From Candidatus Bathyarchaeota archaeon (GTDB lineage Archaea; Thermoproteota; Bathyarchaeia; 40CM-2-53-6): 64,000 bases of DNA. The translations under genes and the position numbers were made by a program. The notes beneath the pieces are model-generated. The model was not told the origin of the DNA and searched no databases. It saw only the letters and a program-made list of their open reading frames with translations. The stretch covers positions 224,001 through 288,000 of the forward strand of contig CAWHWX010000016.1 of the NCBI GenBank assembly GCA_963833125.1, written 5' to 3'. The stretch's first letter is position 1; each line of letters begins with the position of its first letter. Positions 21,745 to 31,123 of this stretch are shown here, piece after piece.

Positions 21745-21834
21745 TCATCGGTCTTCCCAACTTGCTTCCAATCTGCCCCCAGCCTGCTTCCAACGTCTTT
21801 CCAACTTCGCCTTAACCTTGCGCTTCTTCACCAA
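21745..21834 (-). CDS. Candidate 29-aa basic micro-protein
   Basis: MVKKRKVKAKLERRWKQAGGRLEASWEDR*; GAGGTGA Shine-Dalgarno 6 nt upstream and TTATATAC further upstream. Confidence 0.35.
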   Translation of the reverse strand: MVKKRKVKAKLERRWKQAGGRLEASWEDR

Positions 21835-22013
21835 CCGAACTCACCTCTCAAATCCTATTGCTGGTCTCTGCAACGCTCAAGTATATAACAGAACTTGGAG
21901 AAAAAGGGAAAAAGATCGGAAGTTCCGCATTTCCACCAAACCAATGAATCAAATTAGCATAACGAACAAGAAAGAGTGGAAATGAGAGTGGATACCTAGT
22001 CTTGCCTTAGACG

Positions 22014-22382
22014 TTGCCTCGCATGAACAGGGAGCTAGGGTGGTATGCGTTATATCGTTGGAGCGGAATGCCGCTTTGGCAACGTAGGTTCGTGGAGGTT
22101 GATGCACGTGAGTTATCTTGTAGAGGGGGTGAGATTACGTCTACTGAGAAGAGGGACCCACAAAAAGATTTGATGAAACTGCTTGCGTACACGTCGCTGA
22201 CGAATTTTTGGACAAATTTAGCGGCGATGCCAGCAATGACTGAGGAGGAAGCTAGAGGGCTTTTGCGGCTCCAAAATGCGGTCATAAAGGAATTCGAGAA
22301 GACTCTTTCGTGGTACTTAGATTCCTCTACGATGGAGGAGTTCGCTGAGTTCGTAACCGCGAACAAAGTTTGGGCAGATTGA
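22014..22382 (+). CDS. Hypothetical protein
   Basis: 122-aa ORF; helical, acidic C-terminal half; no family recognised. Confidence 0.4.
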   Translation: MPRMNRELGWYALYRWSGMPLWQRRFVEVDARELSCRGGEITSTEKRDPQKDLMKLLAYTSLTNFWTNLAAMPAMTEEEARGLLRLQNAVIKEFEKTLSWYLDSSTMEEFAEFVTANKVWAD

Positions 22383-22598
22383 GAATGAATTAGGGAGACG
22401 ACTTACCGTAAAAGAAGCGAAATCCAATCGCCCTTCTCCTCTTTTCGAATAACAAACAGCGAGCCCCGTGATCGCACAAAACTCATGCTTGGGGTTGTCA
22501 CGATGTTAAGTATGCTATGACTTCTGAAAGTGACTTTTATCAAATTGGTTGAAGACGAGAAAACGTTTCCAATGTGTGCACACTAACGGAACCTCAAG

Positions 22599-24082
22599 CT
22601 AGAAGAGTTTGTCTTTGTCGAGCATCAGCTCTGACTCGGAATATCTATGCCCGTACATTCTCTTGATCACTAGAAATCGCCTCGATCTCTCCTTGAGTTC
22701 TTTCTCGTAGATTTCGATAACCCCATCGAACACATCGATGAGCGTCTGAGTTTCCTCGCTGGCACCTACGAGGGGGTTGAGAAAAGCGAGGACCGTAAAG
22801 CCCTCGGCCTTGCGTCTAGCAATGAAGTCGGACAACCACTTTCTGGCTGTTAATGCCTTGTGGTGGAGTAGGATGTCTGTGAGGAGATCAAGTATGAGTA
22901 ATCTGTTGCCTGTTCCCTGCTTTACGCGCGTCTCTATGGTCTTTGTTAATGCTATGTTGAGGTCGCTTAGATTCTCAATGCCTGGAACCTTGTACAAGTT
23001 TGCGGGCGGGGACGGTATCTTGTCGGCCTGTGGGCTGAGCGCATAGAAATCCTTCCAGTACGTGTTGACCATGTCTTGAATTCTGCTCGGATCGTTCGAC
23101 AAGTAAAATGTCGGCATTCCGGCTGACACGGCTGAGGCGATAATCTTTCGCAACAGTAGGTCTTTCTCGTCGCACGGTGGGGAGAGCACAAGGACTGCAA
23201 AACCCTTAGGCAAGCCTCCGACCAACAGGTTGTCCAGGTCCCCGTACCCAGTCGAAAGCCCCTCAACAGCAGGAGGTTTGGGAGCTAGCTTCACTAGCTC
23301 AGGCTTTTCGGGAGCTACGTTAGGCTTCTCTATGGTAACAGTCTCCGGACTTTTCGTCGATGGTTTCTTTCGCTTCGTAAGAAACACGAGGACCCTGCGA
23401 TTGCGATCAAGGCAACTACGGCAACTGCCCCTATGGTGCCGAAGTCACTGACTGCGCCGACCGACGCAACTGGTGAAGCCACAGACGAACTCGTCGCCGC
23501 AGATGTAGCAAGAGCAATAGTAGTTGCAGTCGTGCTGGAGCTTGAAGTTGAACTTGAACTGAAGCTCGAACTAGAATTTGGGGTAACGCTTGTTGCACTT
23601 GTCGGGCTTGATGAGCTTGTCGTGCCGTTGGTCAAAATTGTAGACGCTGGAAAACTAAGCACGGCAGTTGCATAACCAGATGAGAGATTAGTAGGTCCAC
23701 TGACGTAAATGAAAACGAAGTAATAGGTTCCATCCGCAGGGAAGGGAAGAGAAATATACCGATTATCGTAGCCGACCGAGTTCTCAGTAGAGTACAGTGG
23801 GCTCTCGGTTAGTGGAAGACGGCAATTCTGAATTGAATTAAGTTGGTCTAGCGTGAGAATATAGAAGTTCATCTGGGCATTTGACCCGAATGTTCCCATA
23901 ACCTCTTTTCCCTTTACACCTGAGAAAGCTAACGTACTCACAGTGCACTGGCCTGAGGCGGGCTGGTTAAGCGTAATTGTCGTCGTTGCGGAGGATGATT
24001 GACTGCTCGCATTTGGGAGGGAGAGAAGTGAGAAGCATAGTGCTGCAAACAAAATACTGGCAACAAGTATTCGGTGATTCAC
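22599..24082 (-). CDS. Single-pass membrane protein: extracellular domain + Ser/Thr linker + TM + degenerate KaiC/RAD55-like ATPase (1-nt indel near 23394)
   Basis: Adding one G to the GGG run joins IAIAG to VLVFLTKRKK; C-terminal STGYGDLDNLLVGGLP and FDGVIE motifs. Confidence 0.8.
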
Positions 24083-24483
24083 CTAAACATCCGCCTTGAT
24101 TTTCTCTGATATCTAAACGATTTCGGTTTCCAACACTGTCTCAGTTAACCCAACGACTGCAATTACCGTTACCATCGATGCGTCTGCCTCCACAACCAAA
24201 CCCGAAAGACAACCGATTCATACGTTCTTAAGTGTTTGCAGATGTCCACGCTTAACTCCGTCGTTGGACCGCAGACCTAGCACACGAAGTTACTCTAACT
24301 TCGTTTTAATTCGAATTTCTAGAACCCTACCTAATCTCTGATATCCTCTGTACAATGCGGTTAAAGTTCATTGACGACTGAAGATAAGAAAGACGTTACA
24401 AAGTCGGAAGGAGCGTCCGTAGCACAACGAAGCGGTGCGAAAGACGAAGGGTCTTCTTTTTGTTTTCTGTTCGGAATTAATAG

Positions 24484-24529
24484 GGGGTGGATCCACCCCT
24501 CGAGGGGTGGCGCCAAACGGTGCCAAACG
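24484..24529. repeat. Overlapping perfect palindromes plus a short direct repeat
   Basis: GGGGTGGATCCACCCC (24484-24499), CCACCCCTCGAGGGGTGG (24493-24510), GCCAAACG twice (24512, 24522). Confidence 0.8.
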
Positions 24530-24663
24530 AAGATAACCCGCGCCTCATTTTACGCCTCAATCCCCCCATACGAAGCAGTTTGCAGCAGCAACCAACAAGT
24601 TGACGTTACCAGGGCTGATTACTCTTAAATTCTGGGCGTTAGGCCAGTTGGCTGGGTTGGTCG

Positions 24664-25530
24664 GTGCTGAGGAGCAAGCAAGTTCTATGCCCCCTCTTAC
24701 TCCTCCTAGGCCTAGGGCTGATCACACCGGTTCACGGCACACCAAGCCTCTCCCTAGATGGTGCAGGTTCAAACTCTTGCTTTGGCTTTGGCCCTATTTC
24801 ATGTTCTGTGGCGCCATTCGGAACCAGCAATCCGAATGACGTGATAATTGTCTTCGCAACCAGCCCTACTACGTCAGTCTCCTTCATCACACCGACTGAT
24901 AGTCAAGGGCATCTGAGTTTTGCGCTGAGAAAAACATTCACCGCCAGCGTAACGGACAGTGAATGGTGGGGTATAGCAACCTCAGCCCTTTCAGGGGACA
25001 CCATCACCGTCACCACAACGGGCACAGCGGGCTTCGGTATGGTGGTGTGGGGCATAAGTGGAGCCAACACTGCAAGTCCATTTGATCCTTCGTCAGGAGT
25101 TCCGGCAACAAACAGCGGCACCCCCTCCACGTGTGTTGTTTCCTCGTGCTCTGTCACGGTAGCGGTATCGGTTTCAACTTCGAATGGTAACGATATGATA
25201 CTCGGTCTAGGAGGCAACACGGTCAGTAATGCGTTTGGGGCTGGTTCCGGCTTTACTTTCATAGCTATTAGCTCGGTGGCTGGTGCCGAGTTTCAGGTTG
25301 TATCTTCCGCGCAGAGTGGTCTCTCCGTCCAAATGCAGCTCAACTACCCCGTAGACACTGCTCCTCCTTGGGTTATGATTGGGGACGCCGTGCAAGCCCT
25401 AACTACGCCTCCAATACCTGAATACCCCATAGGGTTGTCGATACTATCTATGCTCCTGATCCAAGCCTACGCAGTAATCAAACGGAGAACCATAATCAAA
25501 AAGCGTACTTTCATTTTCTCGTTAGGCTAA
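24664..25530 (+). CDS. Secreted beta-rich surface protein with IPEYP C-terminal sorting signal
   Basis: Signal peptide, S/T/G-rich body, TTPP-IPEYPIGL-TM-KRR. Confidence 0.85.
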   Translation: MLRSKQVLCPLLLLLGLGLITPVHGTPSLSLDGAGSNSCFGFGPISCSVAPFGTSNPNDVIIVFATSPTTSVSFITPTDSQGHLSFALRKTFTASVTDSEWWGIATSALSGDTITVTTTGTAGFGMVVWGISGANTASPFDPSSGVPATNSGTPSTCVVSSCSVTVAVSVSTSNGNDMILGLGGNTVSNAFGAGSGFTFIAISSVAGAEFQVVSSAQSGLSVQMQLNYPVDTAPPWVMIGDAVQALTTPPIPEYPIGLSILSMLLIQAYAVIKRRTIIKKRTFIFSLG

Positions 25531-25539
25531 ATTTCGTTG

Positions 25540-27159
25540 TTAGGTTGGGATGTTCTGGAACAAGTGTTGGATCTGGTGATGCGCTATTTTCAACGCTACG
25601 ATGAACACAGCTAGGGCGATACCGATGCTAATGATAACAAGTTGAGGGAGTATTGAACCGTACAGGTAAACTGAAAGAGCCAGCGGTAATACAGTGAGAA
25701 CGGAAACGCCAAGAGCCGTCCCTATTCCTAAAAGTGAGCCCCAGACGCTTACATAGCGGCTTCTAACCATTTCACGAAAATCTGGGAAAAGCGCGGCAAA
25801 GTAAACTCCCAGCGCGGATACTTCCAATACGACGAGAATGCTTACTGGCAGTAGGATTCCGTAGTAGATTCCAACCGTGTTCAACAGGAGACCGAATATT
25901 GAGAGTAGTGCGATTGCGAACGGTACTCCTAGGATTGCGGCGAAGAGGAGTTTTGCTCGCAGTAGTTGGGTTGGCGTGATTGGCGCCGCATAAAGATTCC
26001 AGACAGCAGACCCCTCTTGACCTATGCTGGTCATGGATAGTGCTCCGACGAAGATGGCGATCGGCATGAGTAACAAGAATGCGATGAACCCGAAACTTGG
26101 GGTAGCGGTTTGCTGCGAGCCTAGGGGCAGTAGTGAGATGCCTATTGAAATGGCGAGTACGAATGGTATGGCTAGGAACCTTGCCATCTCCCGCCTTCTA
26201 ATCAACGACCGAAAATCTTTCTGAACCATGGCAGATTCAGCGGCCCCGATCAATGGGATATGAAATTGTCCGGGCTGATATGCGCGGGTGCTGAGCTTGA
26301 TCGAGACTGGGACGGGGACCCAGAAGCGTGCGCGAAATCTAGCCGCCAACCCGAACAAGGCTACGGCGAAGACGAGGGAGAGGCCGGAGAAGAGAAGGAA
26401 GCTGGACAGGTTTGCTTGTGCAGCTCCTAGTACCGCGAGTGTTGGCCAGACGACGGGGATGAACCAAGCTGAAACTGCTGCCTGCATCACGCTCTGAAGA
26501 AGATAACCAACCACGAAGCCGCTGAAGAGTAGTTGAATGAAAACTAGCAGGATTACTGTTGCAAGCAGGCGAAAGATTATTCCCGATCGGCCGCTTTTCT
26601 TGTAGAAGCTTGAGGAGATTCTGTTGGTTGTGGCGTCGAGAATCTCTACGATAGCGGCTCCCGCGAAGAGGGCGACTACGGCCATGAATGCAGCCGCGAT
26701 CCAAACCGAACCCATGCCTAGTGCGAGTGCTGGTCCCAGCACGACGCCGAGAGCGAGGCACAAAACGAACGAGTAGATGTATGACTCGGAGATTGTGGAG
26801 CCGCCGACGTACTCCATTGGTGTGATTGGTAGCCAGTTCACGAGGTCTGTGTTCATGGATTGGATGGGTTGGCTTATCTCGTAAAGGACTCCGAAAAGTA
26901 TGGCCATGAACATGATCGCTGACGGTATACCGGCGAGCAGTTCGGGTTCGATTGGCTTCAAGAAGTCTAGCAAGCCCTGGCCGGTTGTCGAAAGCAGAGC
27001 GTAGCCTAGGCCTCCCAATCCGAATAGCAATGCGATGTCGACTGGGAGGATGATTCGGGGTTCGCCGAAGACTCGGGCGAAGAACTTGTTGCGTTGTGTG
27101 CCTCGGATCTGTGACCTAGTGAGGACGACGGCGAGAGAATAGACCGCCCTTAGGTTCAA
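25540..27159 (-). CDS. ABC exporter permease (large multi-TM)
   Basis: More than 12 hydrophobic segments; overlaps the stop of the ABC ATPase. Confidence 0.8.
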   Translation of the reverse strand: MNLRAVYSLAVVLTRSQIRGTQRNKFFARVFGEPRIILPVDIALLFGLGGLGYALLSTTGQGLLDFLKPIEPELLAGIPSAIMFMAILFGVLYEISQPIQSMNTDLVNWLPITPMEYVGGSTISESYIYSFVLCLALGVVLGPALALGMGSVWIAAAFMAVVALFAGAAIVEILDATTNRISSSFYKKSGRSGIIFRLLATVILLVFIQLLFSGFVVGYLLQSVMQAAVSAWFIPVVWPTLAVLGAAQANLSSFLLFSGLSLVFAVALFGLAARFRARFWVPVPVSIKLSTRAYQPGQFHIPLIGAAESAMVQKDFRSLIRRREMARFLAIPFVLAISIGISLLPLGSQQTATPSFGFIAFLLLMPIAIFVGALSMTSIGQEGSAVWNLYAAPITPTQLLRAKLLFAAILGVPFAIALLSIFGLLLNTVGIYYGILLPVSILVVLEVSALGVYFAALFPDFREMVRSRYVSVWGSLLGIGTALGVSVLTVLPLALSVYLYGSILPQLVIISIGIALAVFIVALKIAHHQIQHLFQNIPT

Positions 27160-27923
27160 CGGGTCAATGCCTCAACGATCTCCCTCGTGTCCGATGTACC
27201 GGTTAACTTCAGGAAAACTTCTTCAAGGCTGGAACCCGCCGGTCCAGCCTTCGACCGTAATTCTTCTGCGTTTCCCTCCGCCAGTACTCGCCCATCGTAC
27301 ATGATCACTATCCGATCGCAAATCGCATCCGCTATCTCGAGGACATGTGTGCTGAAGACGGTAGGTACGCCGTCGTCCCTCAGGCGGTGAATGAGGTCCT
27401 TCACGATGCGTGCGCTGCGTGGGTCTAGGGCGTTGAGGGGTTCGTCGAGGATGAGGATTTGTGGGCGATGCAGTAGCCCTGCTATTATCGCAAGCTTCTG
27501 TTTCATTCCCTGCGAGTAACCATGAATTAATTCGTTCTCCCTACCCTCCAAATCTAGGGCCTTGAGAAATTCCGTGATTCGTTCACGCTTCACGTCCGGG
27601 CTGAGCCCGTGGACGGTTGCTACGAAGTCGAGGTACTCGATCCCCGAGAGGAATTCGTATAGTCGGGGGCTTTCCGGCACGAATCCAACTATTCTCTTTA
27701 CGCCGATCGGGTCAGCGGCAACATTCAGTCCCTGAACGGTGATGCTGCCTGCGTCGGGTTTGACGATGCCGACGATCGTCTTCATAATTGTGGACTTTCC
27801 AGAACCGTTCGGGCCAAGCAGGCCGAGGACTTGATTGCGTTCGACTGAGAAGCTAACGCCCTTAACGGCCATCAGGCCGCCGAAACTCTTCACCACATTG
27901 TCAACGCGAAGCGCTTCCAACAA
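27156..27923 (-). CDS. ABC transporter ATP-binding protein
   Basis: GPNGSGKST, YSQGMKQK and ILILDEP motifs. Confidence 0.93.
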   Translation of the reverse strand: MLEALRVDNVVKSFGGLMAVKGVSFSVERNQVLGLLGPNGSGKSTIMKTIVGIVKPDAGSITVQGLNVAADPIGVKRIVGFVPESPRLYEFLSGIEYLDFVATVHGLSPDVKRERITEFLKALDLEGRENELIHGYSQGMKQKLAIIAGLLHRPQILILDEPLNALDPRSARIVKDLIHRLRDDGVPTVFSTHVLEIADAICDRIVIMYDGRVLAEGNAEELRSKAGPAGSSLEEVFLKLTGTSDTREIVEALTR

Positions 27924-27965
27924 CCTTGCTCCTGTCTACTTTCATGGGCGTGGAACCGAAAGAGC

Positions 27966-28196
27966 TTAGAACGCGCATGAAAACCTGACGGCCAACCAGG
28001 CGAACCGTTCTTGACCGCTACCATCATACAGGAGTCCGAAGCTGGGCCCGTTTGCAACATTCCGCTCTGCGGCCGGGAGGGGGAATGGCGGGTTGACATG
28101 TTCGGTAGGGCAGAGTACTACTGCGAAAGGCATCGGCCAGGCGTGCCAGAGAAGTTCATGGAGAAAATAAGCTCCCACTAACCAGACCGCAATCAC
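27966..28196 (-). CDS. Small hypothetical protein (possibly frameshifted)
   Basis: Start overlaps the aminotransferase stop; hydrophobic N-terminus. Confidence 0.3.
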   Translation of the reverse strand: MIAVWLVGAYFLHELLWHAWPMPFAVVLCPTEHVNPPFPLPAAERNVANGPSFGLLYDGSGQERFAWLAVRFSCAF

Positions 28197-29356
28197 ACTT
28201 GCTCAAGAAGACGGTCGATCTCATCGTCCGTGTTGTAAAAGTGGGGTGAGACCCGTAACGTGTTAACTCGAGGGGCTACGATCACATGTTGTTCCTGAAG
28301 CTTCCTAGCTACCTGGGCGGCTTGATCGATCTCGAACGTGATAATTCCGCTAAGCTTCTCCTTCTCTAGGGGTGAAGTTATTCGCCTACCCTTTCCCCTC
28401 AAACCATCCACCAGTCTCTCGTTGAGCTTTTGAACCAGCGGCCAGCGTTCTTGTGGGGGGTACTTGAGTGTGAATTCCAATGCGGCCTTTGCCCCCTCAA
28501 CACTGATGACGGACCAGGTTCCCCACTCGAAGCGAGTCGCGTTCTTTGCGGGAGTAGCGTGGTTTAGGTCGAACGGCGTCCCAAACGGGTCCTGGAGTGC
28601 CTGGACCCTAGCTATGACTGAATCCTCGATTCCATGCCACCCAACTATTGACGGTTCAAGTTTCTCAACCACGTCTTGCTTCACATAGAGAAATGCAGCT
28701 CCGTGTGGGCCCATCAACCACTTGTAGGTTCCACACGTCAGGACATCCACCCCCAGCTTCCTAACGTCGACCGGCATGACACCCGCCGCGTGGAAGACGT
28801 CAACGATCATCAGCGCACCGTGGGAGTGTGCAAGCCTAGTTACCTCTGAAATAATTTCTCGACACCCGTTCACCCATGAAACGTAATCAAGCGAAACTGC
28901 AACCGTCTTATCGTCGATCGCACGTTCATAATCCGAAAACGGAACGCTTCCCCCCTTAGCCTTCAGGACCTTAACCTCAGAAAGTAATCCCCTCTGCCGC
29001 AGCGTATGCCAAAGGTAGACGTTAGTTGGAAAGTTCAGTTCACTAACAACAACGTTCTGACCCGATCCGAATCGCAGCGCGCTGGCTATTGCTCCGAGGC
29101 CGGAGGAAACGTTGGGTATACACGCGATCTCTTCAGGTTTGGCTCCGACCAGCTGGGCGAACAGTTCCCGTGCTCTGATGATGTCTAAGAGCCATGTCTC
29201 CCATTTCTCGCCGTAATCCCGCCATTCATTGAGAAAGGATTGCATAGCTTCGTGGACGCTGAATGGTGGGGGGCCCGCACCTGCATTATCCAGATACACA
29301 CGTCGTTTGAGTAAAGGGATTTGTTCTCTTACATCGACCAGATTCAAGTTTAACAC
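28193..29356 (-). CDS. Class V PLP aminotransferase (cysteine desulfurase/kynureninase-like)
   Basis: YLDNAGAGP, VDVFHAAG, TYKWLMGP and RVSPHFYN motifs. Confidence 0.9.
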   Translation of the reverse strand: MLNLNLVDVREQIPLLKRRVYLDNAGAGPPPFSVHEAMQSFLNEWRDYGEKWETWLLDIIRARELFAQLVGAKPEEIACIPNVSSGLGAIASALRFGSGQNVVVSELNFPTNVYLWHTLRQRGLLSEVKVLKAKGGSVPFSDYERAIDDKTVAVSLDYVSWVNGCREIISEVTRLAHSHGALMIVDVFHAAGVMPVDVRKLGVDVLTCGTYKWLMGPHGAAFLYVKQDVVEKLEPSIVGWHGIEDSVIARVQALQDPFGTPFDLNHATPAKNATRFEWGTWSVISVEGAKAALEFTLKYPPQERWPLVQKLNERLVDGLRGKGRRITSPLEKEKLSGIITFEIDQAAQVARKLQEQHVIVAPRVNTLRVSPHFYNTDDEIDRLLEQV

Positions 29357-29400
29357 TCGAATCGTTGCGTGCTAACGGCTGACAATTACGGCGGTTCCAA

Positions 29401-29437
29401 TAAGAGAAAGAGAAAGAAAAAGGGAGGGGAGAGAAAT
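29401..29437 (-). terminator. Pyrimidine-rich archaeal terminator
   Basis: Long T/C tract on the minus strand just downstream of the stop at 29451. Confidence 0.5.
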
Positions 29438-29450
29438 CGGGATAAGTAGA

Positions 29451-30722
29451 CTAGCTTTCTTGTGAGGTCTCTGTGTTTTCGGTTTTCTTCCGGTGGTCTG
29501 TCCTCTGAGCCGTGCTGGATTGGTTTTGCGGTGAAGTGTTGCTAGTGTGCGAAGTTTGTTGTACGGTTCGCGTGTTGCCGCGTCCTCTGCCTAGGAATGC
29601 GATTAATCCGCCTACGATCAATAGGGCTGCGACAATAACTGCAGCTATCGTTAAGTAAAGTACGGTGGAGTCAGTCCGCCAGGTTGCGATTACGTTCTTC
29701 GGGCCATCCATAACTACGGTGGTTGATTGACTGGATGACTGGATGTCACCTTGCCAACCGTTGAAAACGATGCTGACCCCGTAGCTTGTGCTGACCGGTG
29801 TTGAAACGTAGATTTGAGCAGTGCTGCCGGAATCATACCAACCAGACCCGGAGGAAACTCCTTGATCTGACTGGACGTTCAGATAGTATTGTTGTCCATA
29901 GACTGCGGTAACAGTATGTGGCGCATCCATAACGACGTTTAGCGATGAACCGGACTGTGTTCCTTGGCCATCAACCGACCAACCTTGAAAGGCTAACCTG
30001 CTGCCTCCATCCCCTCCAATCGTTTGGCCTGCATTCTGAACGGACACGGTGCTGCCCGAGTTGTACCAGCCTTGACCTTGCGGAGCGGGAGCGTTCTGAG
30101 GTTGTGCTTGGACGCTTAGGTAGTATTGTTGTTGGTAGACTGCTGTGATCGTCATGGCTCCGTTCACGGTTACGGTTCCGCTGCTGCCAGTTCCTGTAAA
30201 GTCACCCGACCAGCCAGTAAACACGTATCGAGTATTCGATGACACCTGAACGGTGTTCTGGGTTACGGAGAACGAGGCTGAGCTTCCTGCCGTGTACGTT
30301 CCGCTGCCGGTAACGGTTCCGAGGCTAGAAGGATTTGTTGCTACGGTCAGCTTGTAACTTGACGGCGTGGGGGAGTACCCGTAGCTCCCGTAATAGTTTG
30401 AGTAGTAGTTTGAGTATGGGTATCCGCCATAGTAGTTTGAGTAATAGTACGGATAGTAGCTTGAGTAATACGGGTAGTAGTAGGAATAGTAGTCGCAATA
30501 ATAGTACGGGTAGTAGGAGTAATAGTACCAAGAAGAGTAGGAGCAATCGTAAGTCGAGTTGTACCAGGTGGGGCTCATACCGGTTGGGTGCGACGAAGGA
30601 TAAGCCGCCTGAGGACTGTGCGGCACGGCCGCCACTGTACTTGGTTGCGCGGATAGAAGAACCAGTGCAATGCTAAGCGCGAGTATAGCGATTGTAAGTT
30701 TCGGTAAATATTCTCTCGCCAA
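29451..30722 (-). CDS. Membrane-anchored surface protein with Tyr-rich tract and InlB-B-repeat-like beta domains
   Basis: Signal peptide, Y/S-rich segment, repeated 'QYYL.V...G.GWY..GS' and 'F.GW.GD' units, C-terminal TM. Confidence 0.85.
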   Translation of the reverse strand: MAREYLPKLTIAILALSIALVLLSAQPSTVAAVPHSPQAAYPSSHPTGMSPTWYNSTYDCSYSSWYYYSYYPYYYCDYYSYYYPYYSSYYPYYYSNYYGGYPYSNYYSNYYGSYGYSPTPSSYKLTVATNPSSLGTVTGSGTYTAGSSASFSVTQNTVQVSSNTRYVFTGWSGDFTGTGSSGTVTVNGAMTITAVYQQQYYLSVQAQPQNAPAPQGQGWYNSGSTVSVQNAGQTIGGDGGSRLAFQGWSVDGQGTQSGSSLNVVMDAPHTVTAVYGQQYYLNVQSDQGVSSGSGWYDSGSTAQIYVSTPVSTSYGVSIVFNGWQGDIQSSSQSTTVVMDGPKNVIATWRTDSTVLYLTIAAVIVAALLIVGGLIAFLGRGRGNTRTVQQTSHTSNTSPQNQSSTAQRTDHRKKTENTETSQES

Positions 30723-30880
30723 TGTTATCAGCTAAAAGGTGGAAGGATGCCTATTTTTCCTTTACTCAAGTTGTAACAATGAATGGATGGGACCTGTAGC
30801 TACACCTGTGTCTGTGTGGTTCAATTCCTTTTAAGTACCCCCTACCCACGAAATTACGTACCCAGGTGGATTCTGTGGTT

Positions 30881-31106
30881 GTGAAAGCGTTCGTATTGGT
30901 TCAAGCACAGCTTGGACGGTCTCGTTCGGTATGCAAGGGCTATTGAGAAAGTCAAGGGCGTGAAAATGGTATTCGCCGTAACGGGTGTGTACGACGTCAT
31001 TGCCTACCTAGAAATGCGTGATATGACCACGCTGTCCGAGCTCGTGATCAAGAGGATTCAATCCGTTAAGGGCGTCGAGCGAACTCACACGGCAATCGTT
31101 GTGTGA
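30881..31106 (+). CDS. Stand-alone Lrp/AsnC ligand-binding-domain protein
   Basis: MKAFVLV at 30881 (shifted frame), VTGVYDVIA and GVERTHTAIV motifs. Confidence 0.82.
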
Positions 31107-31123
31107 TTCACTCAACGCCTTCT

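Larger units (their letters stand above)
20746..25530. mobile_element. Degenerate tRNA-Val-linked integrative island (right boundary uncertain)
   Basis: Integrase remnant at the tRNA, long intergenic gaps, hypothetical and surface-protein genes; no attR direct repeat found by eye. Confidence 0.45.

Noticed and set aside
21750-21810. CTTCCAA repeats as a CRISPR or iteron array
   Set aside because: The repeats are short, irregular and degenerate, with no spacer periodicity and no cas genes
24379-24460. Hammerhead ribozyme (CTGAAGA...GAAA)
   Set aside because: No stem II follows CTGAAGA, and the later GAAA stem is not preceded by the core motif
30372-30566. TAG/TAC-rich repeats as a non-coding tandem repeat or CRISPR
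   Set aside because: Fully explained by Tyr/Ser codons of the minus-strand surface protein
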